Positions 28,193 to 38,467 of a stretch of 64,000 nucleotides of DNA are shown in pieces (within the stretch, counting starts at the first letter, position 1; every line of letters starts with the position of its first letter). The stretch spans positions 7,191 through 71,190 of the forward strand of contig JANLHB010000005.1 of assembly GCA_024654625.1 (NCBI GenBank). Direction: 5' to 3'. The notes under the pieces are model-generated. The model did not search any database. It worked only from the letters and a program-made list of their open reading frames with translations, and was not told the DNA's origin. The DNA comes from Patescibacteria group bacterium (GTDB lineage Bacteria > Patescibacteriota > Minisyncoccia > GCA-002772825). The position numbers were made by a program, and so were the translations under genes.

Positions 28193-28771
28193 ATGAAAGA
28201 ACAGAAAAAGTGTAAAGAGGATAATTATGTAAAAGTGGCAATGATTGTTTTGAAAATCATCGGAACTGCCGGCTTGGTAAGCATGATCTTACTTGCGCCA
28301 AACGCCTTACAAGCTTTAGATGTTTTTTACGGTAAGGACAAAAAGAAATATTATAAAAAGGGGTACCTAGACAGAAGTATAGATAGATTGAAGAGAGGGG
28401 GGTATATTGAATTCAAAAAAAGAAACGGAAGAGTCTTTGTTAGTCTGACTGAGAAAGGAAAAGAAAAATTATTAAAGTATCAACTAGGAGAGCTTAAAAT
28501 TAAAAAATCAAAAAGATGGGATAGAAAATGGCGTATTATAACTTTTGACATAAGAGAATCAAGAAGGGGAGTAAGAAATACGCTAAGGAGAGAATTAGTA
28601 AACCTTGGTTTTATCAAGCTTCAAAATAGTGTCTGGGTTTATCCTTATGACTGCGAAGAAGTTGTCATTATGCTTAAATCTTATTTAAGGGTAGGAAAAG
28701 ATATTCTATATGTCGTTGCGGAGAGAATAGAAAATGATAAATGGTTGAAACAAGAATTTAAACTTATTTAA
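28193..28771 (+). CDS. PaaX-like wHTH protein with Cas2-like domain (CPR type)
   Basis: RL...GYI...LTEKG wHTH, then WDRKWRIITFDIRE..R..LR..L...GF..LQNSVW. Confidence 0.8.
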   Translation: MKEQKKCKEDNYVKVAMIVLKIIGTAGLVSMILLAPNALQALDVFYGKDKKKYYKKGYLDRSIDRLKRGGYIEFKKRNGRVFVSLTEKGKEKLLKYQLGELKIKKSKRWDRKWRIITFDIRESRRGVRNTLRRELVNLGFIKLQNSVWVYPYDCEEVVIMLKSYLRVGKDILYVVAERIENDKWLKQEFKLI

Positions 28772-28792
28772 CGACCGCACAAAGAGTTAGAA
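28757..28792 (+). repeat. 36-bp ACGACCG-core element, right direct repeat (contains the stop codon)
   Basis: 24-bp exact match to the left copy. Confidence 0.85.
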
Positions 28793-28997
28793 GATTTTAT
28801 TAAAAATTAAAAAAGCGTTTTTTGGTTTTTTGAACGCCATAGCGGATAAAACTTAGGGTGAGGAGTATGATAGGCGATATGTGAAATAATTTTATTAAGA
28901 GTGCATTCCAATCATCCCAGCCTCCCTTTTTGTGATTTTTATGTTAATATGAAATTATATTAGATGTTTATCTGGTATAAGATTTCTGTTAATTACT

Positions 28998-30350
28998 ATG
29001 GATAATAAAAAAAGTCAAGAAAAAATTGTAACTCGTTTTGCGCCGAGTCCGACAGGGCCGGTGCATTTGGGAAGCGCCAGGACAGCGTTGTTTAATTATC
29101 TTTTTTCAAAACAAAATAAAGGGAAAATGATTCTTAGGATTGAAGATACCGACCCAGTGAGATCCAAGCTGGAATATGAAAAAGACATAATAGACGGTCT
29201 TGATTGGCTTGGAATAAAGTATGATGAGTTTTATCGTCAGTCTGAGAGAAAGGAAGTTTATAAAAGATATCTTAAGAAAATGGTAGAAGAGGGGACGGCT
29301 TACATTTCTAAAGAGGAGCCAAAAGAAGAAGGTCAAAGGAGCGAGGTGATAAGATTTAAGAATCCTAATATAAAAATAAAATTCAATGATTTGATAAGAG
29401 GCGAGATAGAATTTGACACAACAGAGCTCGGGGATTTTGTTGTGGCAAGAGACATGGAAAGCCCTCTTTATCATCTGGCGGTCGCTGTCGATGATTTTGA
29501 AATGGGTGTGACGCATATAATCCGCGGAGATGACGGTATCTCTAATACGCCTCGTCAGATCCTTATCCAAGGCGCCATAGGCGCTATGAGGCCTATATAT
29601 GCGCATATACCGCTTATATTGGGCCCTGATAAGTCTAAATTGTCAAAACGGCACGGTGCAGTTTCCGTGAATAAATATAGAGAAGAGGGGTATATCGCGG
29701 AAGCAATCGTAAATTTCCTCGCTTTATTGGGGTGGTCTCCTCAGGGGAAGGATGGAACAAATGAAGAGGTCTTTTACATGGATGAGCTTATTAAAAAATT
29801 TGATATAAATAAAGTTCAGAAAAGCGGAGCGGTGTTTAACATTGATAAATTAAATTGGATAAATAAGCAGTATATAAGAAATGCCCCGTTAGATAATCTG
29901 GCGGATGTTTTATTTGACTTCTTGTCTGATGATTTAAAAAAAGAAGCTGAAGAAAAGCCTGATTTATGGAAAAGGGTTACAGCGCTTGAAATTGAAAGGA
30001 TAGAGAAATTTAGCGATATTAAAGATTCGGTGGATTATTTTTTTCAAGCGCCCGATTACGAAAAAGAAATGCTTAACTGGAAAGACGAAAAGGATATAAA
30101 TAAAACAAAATCTCATTTAGAATATATTGTTAAAATATTGTGCGACATTAAAGATAGTGATTTTAGTAAAGAGTCTATAAAGGATCTTATTTGGGGTTAC
30201 GCCGATAAAGAAGGAAGGGGTAATGTCTTATGGCCTTTTCGTGTTGCTTTGTCCGGCAGGCAAAAATCACCTGACCCGTTCATCTTAAGTGAAGTGTTGG
30301 GAAAAGAAGAAACTGTTAAACGTCTTAAAAATGCTATTGGGAAAATATAA
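28998..30350 (+). CDS. gltX: Glutamyl-tRNA synthetase
   Basis: RFAPSPTG..HLG, RIEDTD, KLSKRHG. Confidence 0.95.
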   Translation: MDNKKSQEKIVTRFAPSPTGPVHLGSARTALFNYLFSKQNKGKMILRIEDTDPVRSKLEYEKDIIDGLDWLGIKYDEFYRQSERKEVYKRYLKKMVEEGTAYISKEEPKEEGQRSEVIRFKNPNIKIKFNDLIRGEIEFDTTELGDFVVARDMESPLYHLAVAVDDFEMGVTHIIRGDDGISNTPRQILIQGAIGAMRPIYAHIPLILGPDKSKLSKRHGAVSVNKYREEGYIAEAIVNFLALLGWSPQGKDGTNEEVFYMDELIKKFDINKVQKSGAVFNIDKLNWINKQYIRNAPLDNLADVLFDFLSDDLKKEAEEKPDLWKRVTALEIERIEKFSDIKDSVDYFFQAPDYEKEMLNWKDEKDINKTKSHLEYIVKILCDIKDSDFSKESIKDLIWGYADKEGRGNVLWPFRVALSGRQKSPDPFILSEVLGKEETVKRLKNAIGKI

Positions 30351-31620
30351 AATAATCTTTTTTATATTATTGCTGAGCTTGTTTGTGTCACCATTTTTCT
30401 CTGTGCCACAAGTTAGCATTGCTTCGGTAAACGAGCTTAAAAACAATATCCTAGACAGAAATAATAAACTGAAAGAACTTCAGAAAGAGATTGATGAATA
30501 TGAAGCGGAAATAAAAAGTCTAAGCAAAGAAAAAAATTCATTAAGTAATGAAATAAAAAAGTTGGATGTTACCGAAAAGAAACTTAAGGCGAATATACGT
30601 TATACTGAGGGGCAGATTGAAAAGGCAAGCCTTAGTATAGATAAACTTGCCATTGATATAGACCAAAAAAAAGAAGATATTGATTTAAAAAAAAGAGTTA
30701 TAGCAGAAATTGTAAGAGGGCTTAATGAAGATGAGTCTATGTCAATGATTGAGATGGCGCTTATAAATAATAATTTCTCTGATTTTTTCAGCGACATGGA
30801 AAGGATGGAGAATTTTCAGGAGGCTATAGGTGTTAATCTTGACGAACTCAGCAGGTTTAAAGAAGAGCTTGAGGTACAAAAAAATGATAAAGAAGAAAAT
30901 AAAAAAGAATTAGAAGAGATGAGGGGAAAATTTAAAGATCAGAATTCTTTAGTTCTTATAAATAAAACTAAGAAAAATACTTTACTGAAAGAGACAAAAA
31001 ATAAAGAATCAAATTATAAACAATTGCTTGCAGATAGAATTGCAAAAAAAGAAGCTTTGGAGGAAGAGATTAAGGACTTTGAGAATAAACTTAGAGTGGA
31101 AATAGACCCTGATTCACTGCCGCTTGTCGGGCCCGGTGTCTTGAATTGGCCTATTGATGACGTAAGAATAACTCAATATTTCGGCAATACTCCTTTTGCT
31201 ACAAAAAATCCGCAAGTGTATAATGGGGGCGGTCATAATGGAGTTGATTTTGGTGCAAGCATAGGTACGCCTTTAAAAAGCGCTGAGAAGGGAATTGTCA
31301 TCGGGGTGGGAGATACGGATAAAGAGTGCGCCGGTGTCTCTTATGGAAGGTGGGTTTTAATAGAGCATCCTAATAATTTAACGACACTTTATGCGCACCT
31401 TTCACTTATAAAAGTTACAAAAGGGCAAGAGGTCGCATCGGGCCAGGTTATAGGCTATTCCGGAGATACTGGATATACAACAGGTCCGCATCTTCATTTT
31501 ACTGTATATGCGGCGCGCGCCGTTGATGTCGGGATGATAACAAGCAAGGTTTGTGGGACTAAGATGACTCTTCCTTTGGCTCCTAGAGAATGGTATCTCA
31601 ACCCGTTGTCTTATTTATAA
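30331..31620 (+). CDS. Coiled-coil M23 peptidase (EnvC/MepM-like)
   Basis: Signal/TM, long coiled coil, HNGVD, YAHL, TGPHLHF. Confidence 0.9.
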   Translation: MLLGKYKIIFFILLLSLFVSPFFSVPQVSIASVNELKNNILDRNNKLKELQKEIDEYEAEIKSLSKEKNSLSNEIKKLDVTEKKLKANIRYTEGQIEKASLSIDKLAIDIDQKKEDIDLKKRVIAEIVRGLNEDESMSMIEMALINNNFSDFFSDMERMENFQEAIGVNLDELSRFKEELEVQKNDKEENKKELEEMRGKFKDQNSLVLINKTKKNTLLKETKNKESNYKQLLADRIAKKEALEEEIKDFENKLRVEIDPDSLPLVGPGVLNWPIDDVRITQYFGNTPFATKNPQVYNGGGHNGVDFGASIGTPLKSAEKGIVIGVGDTDKECAGVSYGRWVLIEHPNNLTTLYAHLSLIKVTKGQEVASGQVIGYSGDTGYTTGPHLHFTVYAARAVDVGMITSKVCGTKMTLPLAPREWYLNPLSYL

Positions 31621-31642
31621 ATGATGTTTATAATATAAATAT

Positions 31643-31972
31643 ATGTTTTTAAAGAATGGCGCAATTTCACGCCAAGGAGGATTGATAAAGATGATTATCA
31701 TTTTTATCATAGTTATCCTTATATTGAGCGTCTTGAATATAGATATAAGAAGTATCGTGGAAAGCGAAGAGGTGCAGACTAATTTCTCTTATATTTGGAA
31801 TTTTGCAAAAATAGTCTGGTCTGATTATCTTTCTGATCCCGTAACTTATTTTTGGAATAATATCTTTATAAGCTTATTATGGACATCTTTTGTAGATAAT
31901 ATGGAGAGAATCAAAGCGGGTGAGCCTACGGAGATGATGCTAAACGCCCCTAGGATAGACTTCGTTCAATAG
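31643..31972 (+). CDS. Small membrane protein
   Basis: Hydrophobic N-terminal segment after QGG; -10 box upstream. Confidence 0.7.
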   Translation: MFLKNGAISRQGGLIKMIIIFIIVILILSVLNIDIRSIVESEEVQTNFSYIWNFAKIVWSDYLSDPVTYFWNNIFISLLWTSFVDNMERIKAGEPTEMMLNAPRIDFVQ

Positions 31973-32126
31973 AGAATGATATATTACGACGTAAAAGGTA
32001 TATTGTACGACATAGTATCTTTTTCTTAACTCTACTCCCCTTAACTATAAAACATCATATAAATCAAACAGGCTTTATTATGGGCCTGCTTTTTATTTAT
32101 ATGATATAATTGATATAATCTTTTTT

Positions 32127-33302
32127 ATGAGAACATCTTATTCAGCGTTAGACACTTATAGGACTTGTCCGCTTAAGTATAAATACCAGAATCTTGATAA
32201 AATTCCTGCGCCAAAGCGTATTGAGGCCGTTTTTGGCTCTTTGGTCCACTCAGCGCTGAAATTTATGTTTGAGCGCGGTCCCCTATACCCCGCACTTGAT
32301 GAGGTTATTGACGTGTTTACCGATAAATGGAATAAGAAATCCGAGTTGATAGAATGGCCAAACCCTGACAAGAAAGAAGCATTTGAAAAACTTTATTTTG
32401 AAGAAGGGATAAAAATTATAAAAAATTTTTACAAGAAAAATCAGCCGTGGAAGTTTAACGCTGTGGAACTTGAAAGCCGCTTTAGTGTAACCTTGCACGA
32501 TGACGAAACTGACGAAGATCATACTATTATTGGTATCATAGACAGGATAGATAAGGATCCTGAAAGCGACGAGTATGAGATTATTGATTATAAGACAGGC
32601 AAGAAAATGCCGAGTGCTGAAACACTGAAAGACAATCTACAACTTTCTCTCTATCATATGGCTCTTCAAGACAGGTGGCCTAATCTCCCCGCTTCAAAGA
32701 TAAAGTTGTCATTATATTTCCTTAAGCATAATGAAAAGATAACCGCAGAGAAAGAAAATCCTGAAGAAGATATAAAGAAGACGAGAAGTTTTATCTTGGC
32801 CACCATAAAAGAGGTCAAGGAAAAGGAAGAAAAAAACAGTTTCTCCCCTTCCCCGTCAGCATTGTGCGATTATTGCGGATATAAGAAGATCTGTCCAATG
32901 TGGTCGCACGAATATAAGAAAGATAAACCGGAAACAAAAAGTGAGAAAGAGATTAATGAAGCTATAACTGAATTTTTTGAGATAAAAGAAAATGAAGAAA
33001 AAAATAAAAAAAGATTGAAAGAGCTCCGTGAGGATATATTGGCATTTATGGAGTCTAGTAATGTCGCGCGTGTCTTTGGTTCGCGCGGGTTTATCACAAA
33101 AAATGTGCAGGAAAGATTCTCATTTGATATGGAAAAGGTAAAGGAAATATTGCTTCCGGAGAATAAGTGGGAAGAAGTTTTAACACCGGATGATAGAAAA
33201 TTAAATAAACTCCTCTCTCTCTTGCCAACTAAACTGCAAGATAAGATATTGTCTTTTAGAAATAAAAAAGAATTTATTGTTTTGAAGCAGACGAAGAAAT
33301 AA
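32127..33302 (+). CDS. PD-(D/E)XK nuclease, RecB/AddB-like with Fe-S cysteines
   Basis: SYS...CPLKY, GIIDRID, IIDYKTG, QL..Y, C..C...C. Confidence 0.85.
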   Translation: MRTSYSALDTYRTCPLKYKYQNLDKIPAPKRIEAVFGSLVHSALKFMFERGPLYPALDEVIDVFTDKWNKKSELIEWPNPDKKEAFEKLYFEEGIKIIKNFYKKNQPWKFNAVELESRFSVTLHDDETDEDHTIIGIIDRIDKDPESDEYEIIDYKTGKKMPSAETLKDNLQLSLYHMALQDRWPNLPASKIKLSLYFLKHNEKITAEKENPEEDIKKTRSFILATIKEVKEKEEKNSFSPSPSALCDYCGYKKICPMWSHEYKKDKPETKSEKEINEAITEFFEIKENEEKNKKRLKELREDILAFMESSNVARVFGSRGFITKNVQERFSFDMEKVKEILLPENKWEEVLTPDDRKLNKLLSLLPTKLQDKILSFRNKKEFIVLKQTKK

Positions 33303-33308
33303 TTTATA

Positions 33309-34094
33309 CTACAGACTGTTTACCGGCCTCAGAGAACTGGCAATGAATTGTATCTCGGATTTAGACATCCATGTTGACCCGGCATACTCTATTCTGACCA
33401 TTAGGTCGTTATATGTTGTTATAGCTACTATGTTATATACACTGGTGCTATTATCCGTGAGGACGAGATCAGATTCACTTGTATATATATCTTGTCCGTC
33501 TATAGATGTTTTGCTTAGATCTTTCCCGGAAGAGACATTGGTAAAGAGCTCTCCGGTGGTTTTATTGTCCGGTGTGAAGCCAGATCTTATTGGGAATATT
33601 GATACTTCTATAACCCCCACGCCTATCTTCTTATAAGTAAAGTCTATGGAATTAATCTTACCTGACTTATTGTAATTTATATTAGTTTTGTCTTTTTCCA
33701 GATTGTACCCTAGTGGAATCTTTTTCGGTAGATATATAGTGAAGGGTGCTTCCTTCTGGATCTCTTTTACGGAAGAATAATCGATACCGATGACAAATGT
33801 CCATAATTTAAATTGGTATATGCTAAAGACCGCTCCGATCATAAGGATAATTATGGCTACTTGCCATATTGCCCGTCCCTTTTTTTTGCTCGTTGTTTCC
33901 TCCTCTCTTTCTATGGCATCATTCTCAATCTTGTCGGGAGCAGTAAGGGATCCGGTAAAAGTTTTCGGGTCGCCTATAAACAATGCGCATTTAGGACAAA
34001 ATAAAAGATCATTTTTTATGATAAGTTCATTATGGCAAAATGGGCACTTTTGATTTGCCAATTTTTGATTTTCACTATTATTACCTTCTGGCAT
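33309..34094 (-). CDS. Zinc-ribbon membrane-anchored hypothetical protein
   Basis: CPFC...CPKC, one TM, PFTIYLPKKIP.GY extracellular domain. Confidence 0.7.
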   Translation of the reverse strand: MPEGNNSENQKLANQKCPFCHNELIIKNDLLFCPKCALFIGDPKTFTGSLTAPDKIENDAIEREEETTSKKKGRAIWQVAIIILMIGAVFSIYQFKLWTFVIGIDYSSVKEIQKEAPFTIYLPKKIPLGYNLEKDKTNINYNKSGKINSIDFTYKKIGVGVIEVSIFPIRSGFTPDNKTTGELFTNVSSGKDLSKTSIDGQDIYTSESDLVLTDNSTSVYNIVAITTYNDLMVRIEYAGSTWMSKSEIQFIASSLRPVNSL

Positions 34095-34156
34095 GTTTAC
34101 TATATATTATATCAGAACTCAACTTCCTCAAGGCACTTTGAGGAAGTTGAGGAAGT

Positions 34157-34969
34157 TTACTTTATCTCGTATTGTATAGTGACGTTAACAATAATTTCTT
34201 GCGAGCCGGGCTCTATTTGAGGCGCTGAAGCATCTTTAGTTTCCGTTATTGATGCCCCACTAATCCCGTAGCGGATAAAAGGTGTCGAATATCCTTCGTT
34301 TATTGAGATTATATCCCCTACTCTGAATTTTGCGGATTTTGCTATTTCTTTAGCTTTCTCGCGGGCTTCTTTAATAGCGGCGTCTCTTGCCTCTTTTTCA
34401 ATTTCCTTTTGATTATCTATTGTAAAGGTCAATGATGACACATCATTGGCGCCATTTTTAACGACTCCGCTTAATACTTCGCCAGTTTTGCTAAAATCTC
34501 TTAGTTTAACAGATATGGTTTGTCTTATGGTGTAGCCTACTATTTCACTTGGCGGACAAGGTTCTTGCGCAGGATATATAGTATCTATTCCGGTACTATA
34601 CAAAGGTCTTATCCCGCAATTATAATACTGATACCTTGGTTCTATGTTGTAACTTTGAGTTTTTATATCCTTATTCTCAACTCCATTTGCTTTTATAAAA
34701 TCAATCGCTTTGTTTGATTTGCTAGTGTTTTCTTTCTGAAGTTCGGCTATATCAACCCCTCCCTCAGTTATAATACTGAAAGTAAATTGGGCGATGTCAG
34801 GAATGGCTGTTACTTTCCCTTCGCCTGATACGGAGAAACTTCTTAGAGATGCCGGGTCTATTGACCTGGAGTAAGAAGATGCCAATGAAAGCGCAGTGTA
34901 AGATAATACAAGCATTATGAATATTCCGGTTATTTTTAGATATTTTTTTATACGATCTTCTTGATTCAT
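34157..34969 (-). CDS. SIMPL (DUF541) protein
   Basis: SVSGEGKV...PD.A, AR..AI..AR.KA, IEPG.Q.I.V.V. Confidence 0.88.
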   Translation of the reverse strand: MNQEDRIKKYLKITGIFIMLVLSYTALSLASSYSRSIDPASLRSFSVSGEGKVTAIPDIAQFTFSIITEGGVDIAELQKENTSKSNKAIDFIKANGVENKDIKTQSYNIEPRYQYYNCGIRPLYSTGIDTIYPAQEPCPPSEIVGYTIRQTISVKLRDFSKTGEVLSGVVKNGANDVSSLTFTIDNQKEIEKEARDAAIKEAREKAKEIAKSAKFRVGDIISINEGYSTPFIRYGISGASITETKDASAPQIEPGSQEIIVNVTIQYEIK

Positions 34970-35068
34970 ATTATTTTTTTATTAGATTGATAATTTTCGA
35001 CTAGCTGATCTTATTTATTAATTATAATCCTTATTTTTAAAAATACTAATAGATATAAAGCAAAGAAA

Positions 35069-36040
35069 TTAATCCCTGTCCTCGTCTCCCCTGTTGCTTT
35101 CTTGATCTTCAGATTTATCCTCATTCTCATATATCTCTTTCATTACCTTTTCTCGGATTTCTTTCCTAGATTCTTCTCTGCTTTTAATAACTCCTCTCTT
35201 ATCTTCTTTATTCTTTATAGAATATCCCGATCCCTTATTGGACTCCTCCTCTTCGAGGTTATACTTATTTTCACTCTCTTTTATTTCCTTAGTTTCTTCT
35301 CTTTTTTTTGTCTCTAATCTTTCTAAGATTTCTTTGTTGATTCTTACTTCGACAAGCTCGTCTATTAATGTTTCTTTGGCAGCTGATTCCTCTCTAATCG
35401 TTTTTTTAATATTTTTTTCTAATTCTTTTTGCTTATTTTCTGTTTTCACCCTCTTTTCTTTTAGTATTTTTTCTAACGTCTCTTTATTTCTATTTATATC
35501 TTGATTTATATTTGTTGTTTCTTCTTCAAGTTTAACGGTTAGAGATTTTTCTGCTTCTATTATATCTGTAACTCTTGTAAGATTCTTTTCAAGCTGACTT
35601 AGAGCGATTTCCAGGTCTTCAGATTCGATTTCTGTTTTTTCTAAAACTTCTTTTATTTCATTGATTCGCTTTTCCGCAAAGCCCATACTTAGTTTCGCTT
35701 TCTCTTTATTTTTTAGTGCAACTACGGAGCGAACTTCTTCGGTAAATATTTTTACAAGGTATAGTTTTTCGCCAGGTAGGCTTCCCTGTGATGCGGTTGC
35801 AACACTAGTGCCCAAAAGTACGATGATCATAAATACAGCAATAGAAACTTGGGTCACTCGCAACCCAAATATGCTCTTTAGAGTTTCGTGTATAGGGTTT
35901 AGGGCTTTCCTTTCATCAGCGCCAGGGCAAGTATTCACCAACACTTCAAGCCTCGTCTTTAATGAGTTTAAGAAAATCTTATCAACAGGCTTTCTTCGCA
36001 GCCTCTTTAATTCTCTGATTATTCTTATCTTTTTAATCAT
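35069..36040 (-). CDS. Putative anti-sigma membrane protein (DUF5667-like)
   Basis: Overlaps ECF sigma stop; TM followed by SLPGEKLYLVK...E...AEKRINE. Confidence 0.7.
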   Translation of the reverse strand: MIKKIRIIRELKRLRRKPVDKIFLNSLKTRLEVLVNTCPGADERKALNPIHETLKSIFGLRVTQVSIAVFMIIVLLGTSVATASQGSLPGEKLYLVKIFTEEVRSVVALKNKEKAKLSMGFAEKRINEIKEVLEKTEIESEDLEIALSQLEKNLTRVTDIIEAEKSLTVKLEEETTNINQDINRNKETLEKILKEKRVKTENKQKELEKNIKKTIREESAAKETLIDELVEVRINKEILERLETKKREETKEIKESENKYNLEEEESNKGSGYSIKNKEDKRGVIKSREESRKEIREKVMKEIYENEDKSEDQESNRGDEDRD

Positions 36041-36530
36041 ATTTTATCGTCTCTCTTAATGATTTTAATCCTCTATGGATAATCACTCTTATGTTCTCTT
36101 TTGTCTTGCCTGTCAGTTTGCTTATCTCAGGGATACTAAGGTCGTCAATGTATCTGTAGACAAGTATCTGTTTTTGGTCGTCTTTAAGCCTGAGCAATGA
36201 CGCTTCTATTAATTCTTTATCAAACGATTTTTCAATTTCTTTTTCTTGTTGGGCTTCAGTGGCGATAAATTCTTCACTTATGTCATCGATTGCCACTGTG
36301 ATTTTATTTTTTTGCCTGTAATGGTCAATTATAAGATTATTGGCCACTTTATAGAGAAAGGTCTTTAAGTTTGCTATTTCTTTATCTTTTTCTGATATGT
36401 ATCGCCATGTTTTGAAAAAAGTTTCCTGTGTTAAATCTTCAGCAAGCTCCTTATTACCTACTCTAAAGTAGATATGCCTCAGTATATTTTGAGCATAATC
36501 GTCGTAGGCTGTTAAAAAACGTTTTTTCAT
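36033..36530 (-). CDS. ECF RNA polymerase sigma factor
   Basis: AEDLTQETF, FLYKVANNLIIDHYR, region 4 EIS...RVIIHRG. Confidence 0.92.
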   Translation of the reverse strand: MKKRFLTAYDDYAQNILRHIYFRVGNKELAEDLTQETFFKTWRYISEKDKEIANLKTFLYKVANNLIIDHYRQKNKITVAIDDISEEFIATEAQQEKEIEKSFDKELIEASLLRLKDDQKQILVYRYIDDLSIPEISKLTGKTKENIRVIIHRGLKSLRETIKYD

Positions 36531-36535
36531 ATATA

Positions 36536-36563
36536 TAGACGGTGTTATTGCCAAAAAATTACA
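36536..36563 (-). promoter_or_regulatory. Putative ECF-dependent autoregulatory promoter
   Basis: TGTAAT-N16-CGTCTA ending 5 nt before the ATG. Confidence 0.55.
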
Positions 36564-36598
36564 CTATTTGGCGTAATTTGGCAACAGCTTTGATTTTT

Positions 36599-36844
36599 TT
36601 ACATTAGGCCTGAGAATTTTTGGGCAACTGCCATTTGGGCTTGTTTAACGGCTTTATTGAAGCAGTTTTTTAATACTATTTCTTGTTTTTCTTTGTTAAG
36701 TTCCTGATTCAATAAGATTTCTTCTGCCATAAAGGCGCCGTTTATTACGACACGAGTCCCCTCCTCTTCTACTGTTATCTTTTCATTTTGGATATCTCTT
36801 GAGATATCTTTCATTTGTTTTAGTTGTCTTAGTTTATCAAACAT
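36599..36844 (-). CDS. YbaB/EbfC nucleoid-associated protein
   Basis: MFDKLRQLKQM...V.ING...FNKAVKQAQ. Confidence 0.75.
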   Translation of the reverse strand: MFDKLRQLKQMKDISRDIQNEKITVEEEGTRVVINGAFMAEEILLNQELNKEKQEIVLKNCFNKAVKQAQMAVAQKFSGLM

Positions 36845-36921
36845 ATATTTATTTACCCGTTTCTATTTGAAATTAGGGTTTTACCCCGCCAATAGGAAGG
36901 GCGTGGTTTCCCTCGTCTCTT

Positions 36922-37374
36922 TTAATCGGCAGGTTTTATTTTATCTATTAATTCAAAAGGGCGCTCATGGTAATAATTACCCTTAGCTATGAATTTTATT
37001 TTTGATTGTAAATTTTTCGGCATCGATTCTTCCACCATTTTATATAAATAATCAGGAGTAAAAAGATAAATACTTGTTATCTCATATTTAGATTGGATAT
37101 TTTTGATATACGCTTTCATCTCTTTTAAAAATTCTTGAAGATATTCTTTTTTTAAAGGTTCTTTAACTGAACCGGAAGAAGCTACTTTGCCGCCATTGCC
37201 AGCCCTGCCGAAAAATCCCTCATTGTCTGAAAAATGAATTTTATCAAGTTTGAATGAGTCAATCTTGTTAATCTCTCCGTCTGAGGCTATATGGAAAAGA
37301 GCTTCCATTGCTCCGGTTACGATAATAAGCGCTTTTTCGCCTGTAAATTGGTGTAATTTTTTAGTAATTTTCAT
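36922..37374 (-). CDS. Hypothetical protein (possibly host-attachment/baeRF-like)
   Basis: 150-aa ORF; weak resemblance only. Confidence 0.6.
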   Translation of the reverse strand: MKITKKLHQFTGEKALIIVTGAMEALFHIASDGEINKIDSFKLDKIHFSDNEGFFGRAGNGGKVASSGSVKEPLKKEYLQEFLKEMKAYIKNIQSKYEITSIYLFTPDYLYKMVEESMPKNLQSKIKFIAKGNYYHERPFELIDKIKPAD

Positions 37375-37502
37375 ATCTATATTATATCACTAAAAAACGT
37401 AGTGTAAACAATACCGGTTCTGGGCGTAAATCTAAAAGGTGAGACCTTTTTAAAAAGGTCTCACCTTTTAAAAACGCTAGCGTTGAGCCGTTTAGGTTAT
37501 TC

Positions 37503-38279
37503 TTATGAAAGTTTTTTAGAATCTTTTGCTTTATACTCCCCTACACTGGTGCGTATGAGCGAGAAAAGGATTGCGCTTGTGCCGAGCCTTTTTCCAAGTT
37601 CATGCGTTATGGATCTGATGTATGTACCGCTTGATACTAAGAATCTTATCTTCACTATTTTAAATGTTTGGTCACCTTTATCTTTTAACATTTTCTCCCA
37701 CCTGTTTTTTATCTCACTTTGCCTAAAGTCTCCAGAAACTTTGTCAATACGATTAACTATTGTTTTAATAAGATTTTCTAATCTAATATCATAACTTTTT
37801 AAAAATTCGATATCACGCACCTCTGTCTTTCTAAGCGGTATTTCAATCTCATTCAATTTCCCTTCTCTTGCCCAAGAAAAAAGAGGTTTGCCTTTTATCT
37901 TGTATGAAGAGTACGGAGGAAGCGGTAAAGAGATTTCTCCATGAAATTTTTCAAGCTCTTTCTTTATCTCTTCGCCCGAGACCTCATTCTTTTCTGCTCT
38001 CAATGGTAAGCCCAGGATGTCATAAGTATCCGTTTCAAAGCCGAAGAGAATCTCGGCCTCATACTCTTTTTCCATTTTTAGATAATAGTCTTTCTTATGG
38101 ACATTATCTCCGACTAGTATTAAAAGTACGCCCTCTGCCATGGGGTCAAGTCGGCCGGCGTAGGTCATTTTTAGCCCCCAGGGGGCTTCATTTTGGGCTA
38201 GAAAGCGCTTTATGGCTTCAAGCGGTGAAAGGCCAAGGGGCTTATAAATGTTTAAAATTTCGCTCTGCATAGTCTTCAT
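37503..38279 (-). CDS. truB: tRNA pseudouridine(55) synthase-like protein
   Basis: YAGRLDPMAEGVL, ETDTYD, PPYSS, SSGTYIRS. Confidence 0.85.
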   Translation of the reverse strand: MKTMQSEILNIYKPLGLSPLEAIKRFLAQNEAPWGLKMTYAGRLDPMAEGVLLILVGDNVHKKDYYLKMEKEYEAEILFGFETDTYDILGLPLRAEKNEVSGEEIKKELEKFHGEISLPLPPYSSYKIKGKPLFSWAREGKLNEIEIPLRKTEVRDIEFLKSYDIRLENLIKTIVNRIDKVSGDFRQSEIKNRWEKMLKDKGDQTFKIVKIRFLVSSGTYIRSITHELGKRLGTSAILFSLIRTSVGEYKAKDSKKLS

Positions 38280-38467
38280 AGTAAGATTAAGGGGAGTAAT
38301 GTCAATCCGCCGCGGCGGATTGACATAGTATGAATCAAATAAAAAAAGGCGTCGTGAGGGGTCACGACGCCTTTGTATAAGTGTAAAGGTCTGTTTAAAT
38401 TATTTTATACTATAAGCCCATAACGCATAATTGTTTTTAGGGGTTATACGTGTTATAAAAATCAAAT

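Noticed and set aside
28091-28792. CRISPR-Cas locus suggested by a Cas2-like domain and 36-bp repeats
   Set aside because: Only two repeats separated by a whole gene; no spacers, cas1 or effector genes
31979-32018. Short imperfect direct repeat TATATT(GT)ACGAC
   Set aside because: Only two short copies, not enough to call an element
35069-35500. Low-complexity purine/pyrimidine-skewed tract
   Set aside because: Explained by the Glu/Lys-rich tail of the anti-sigma-like protein
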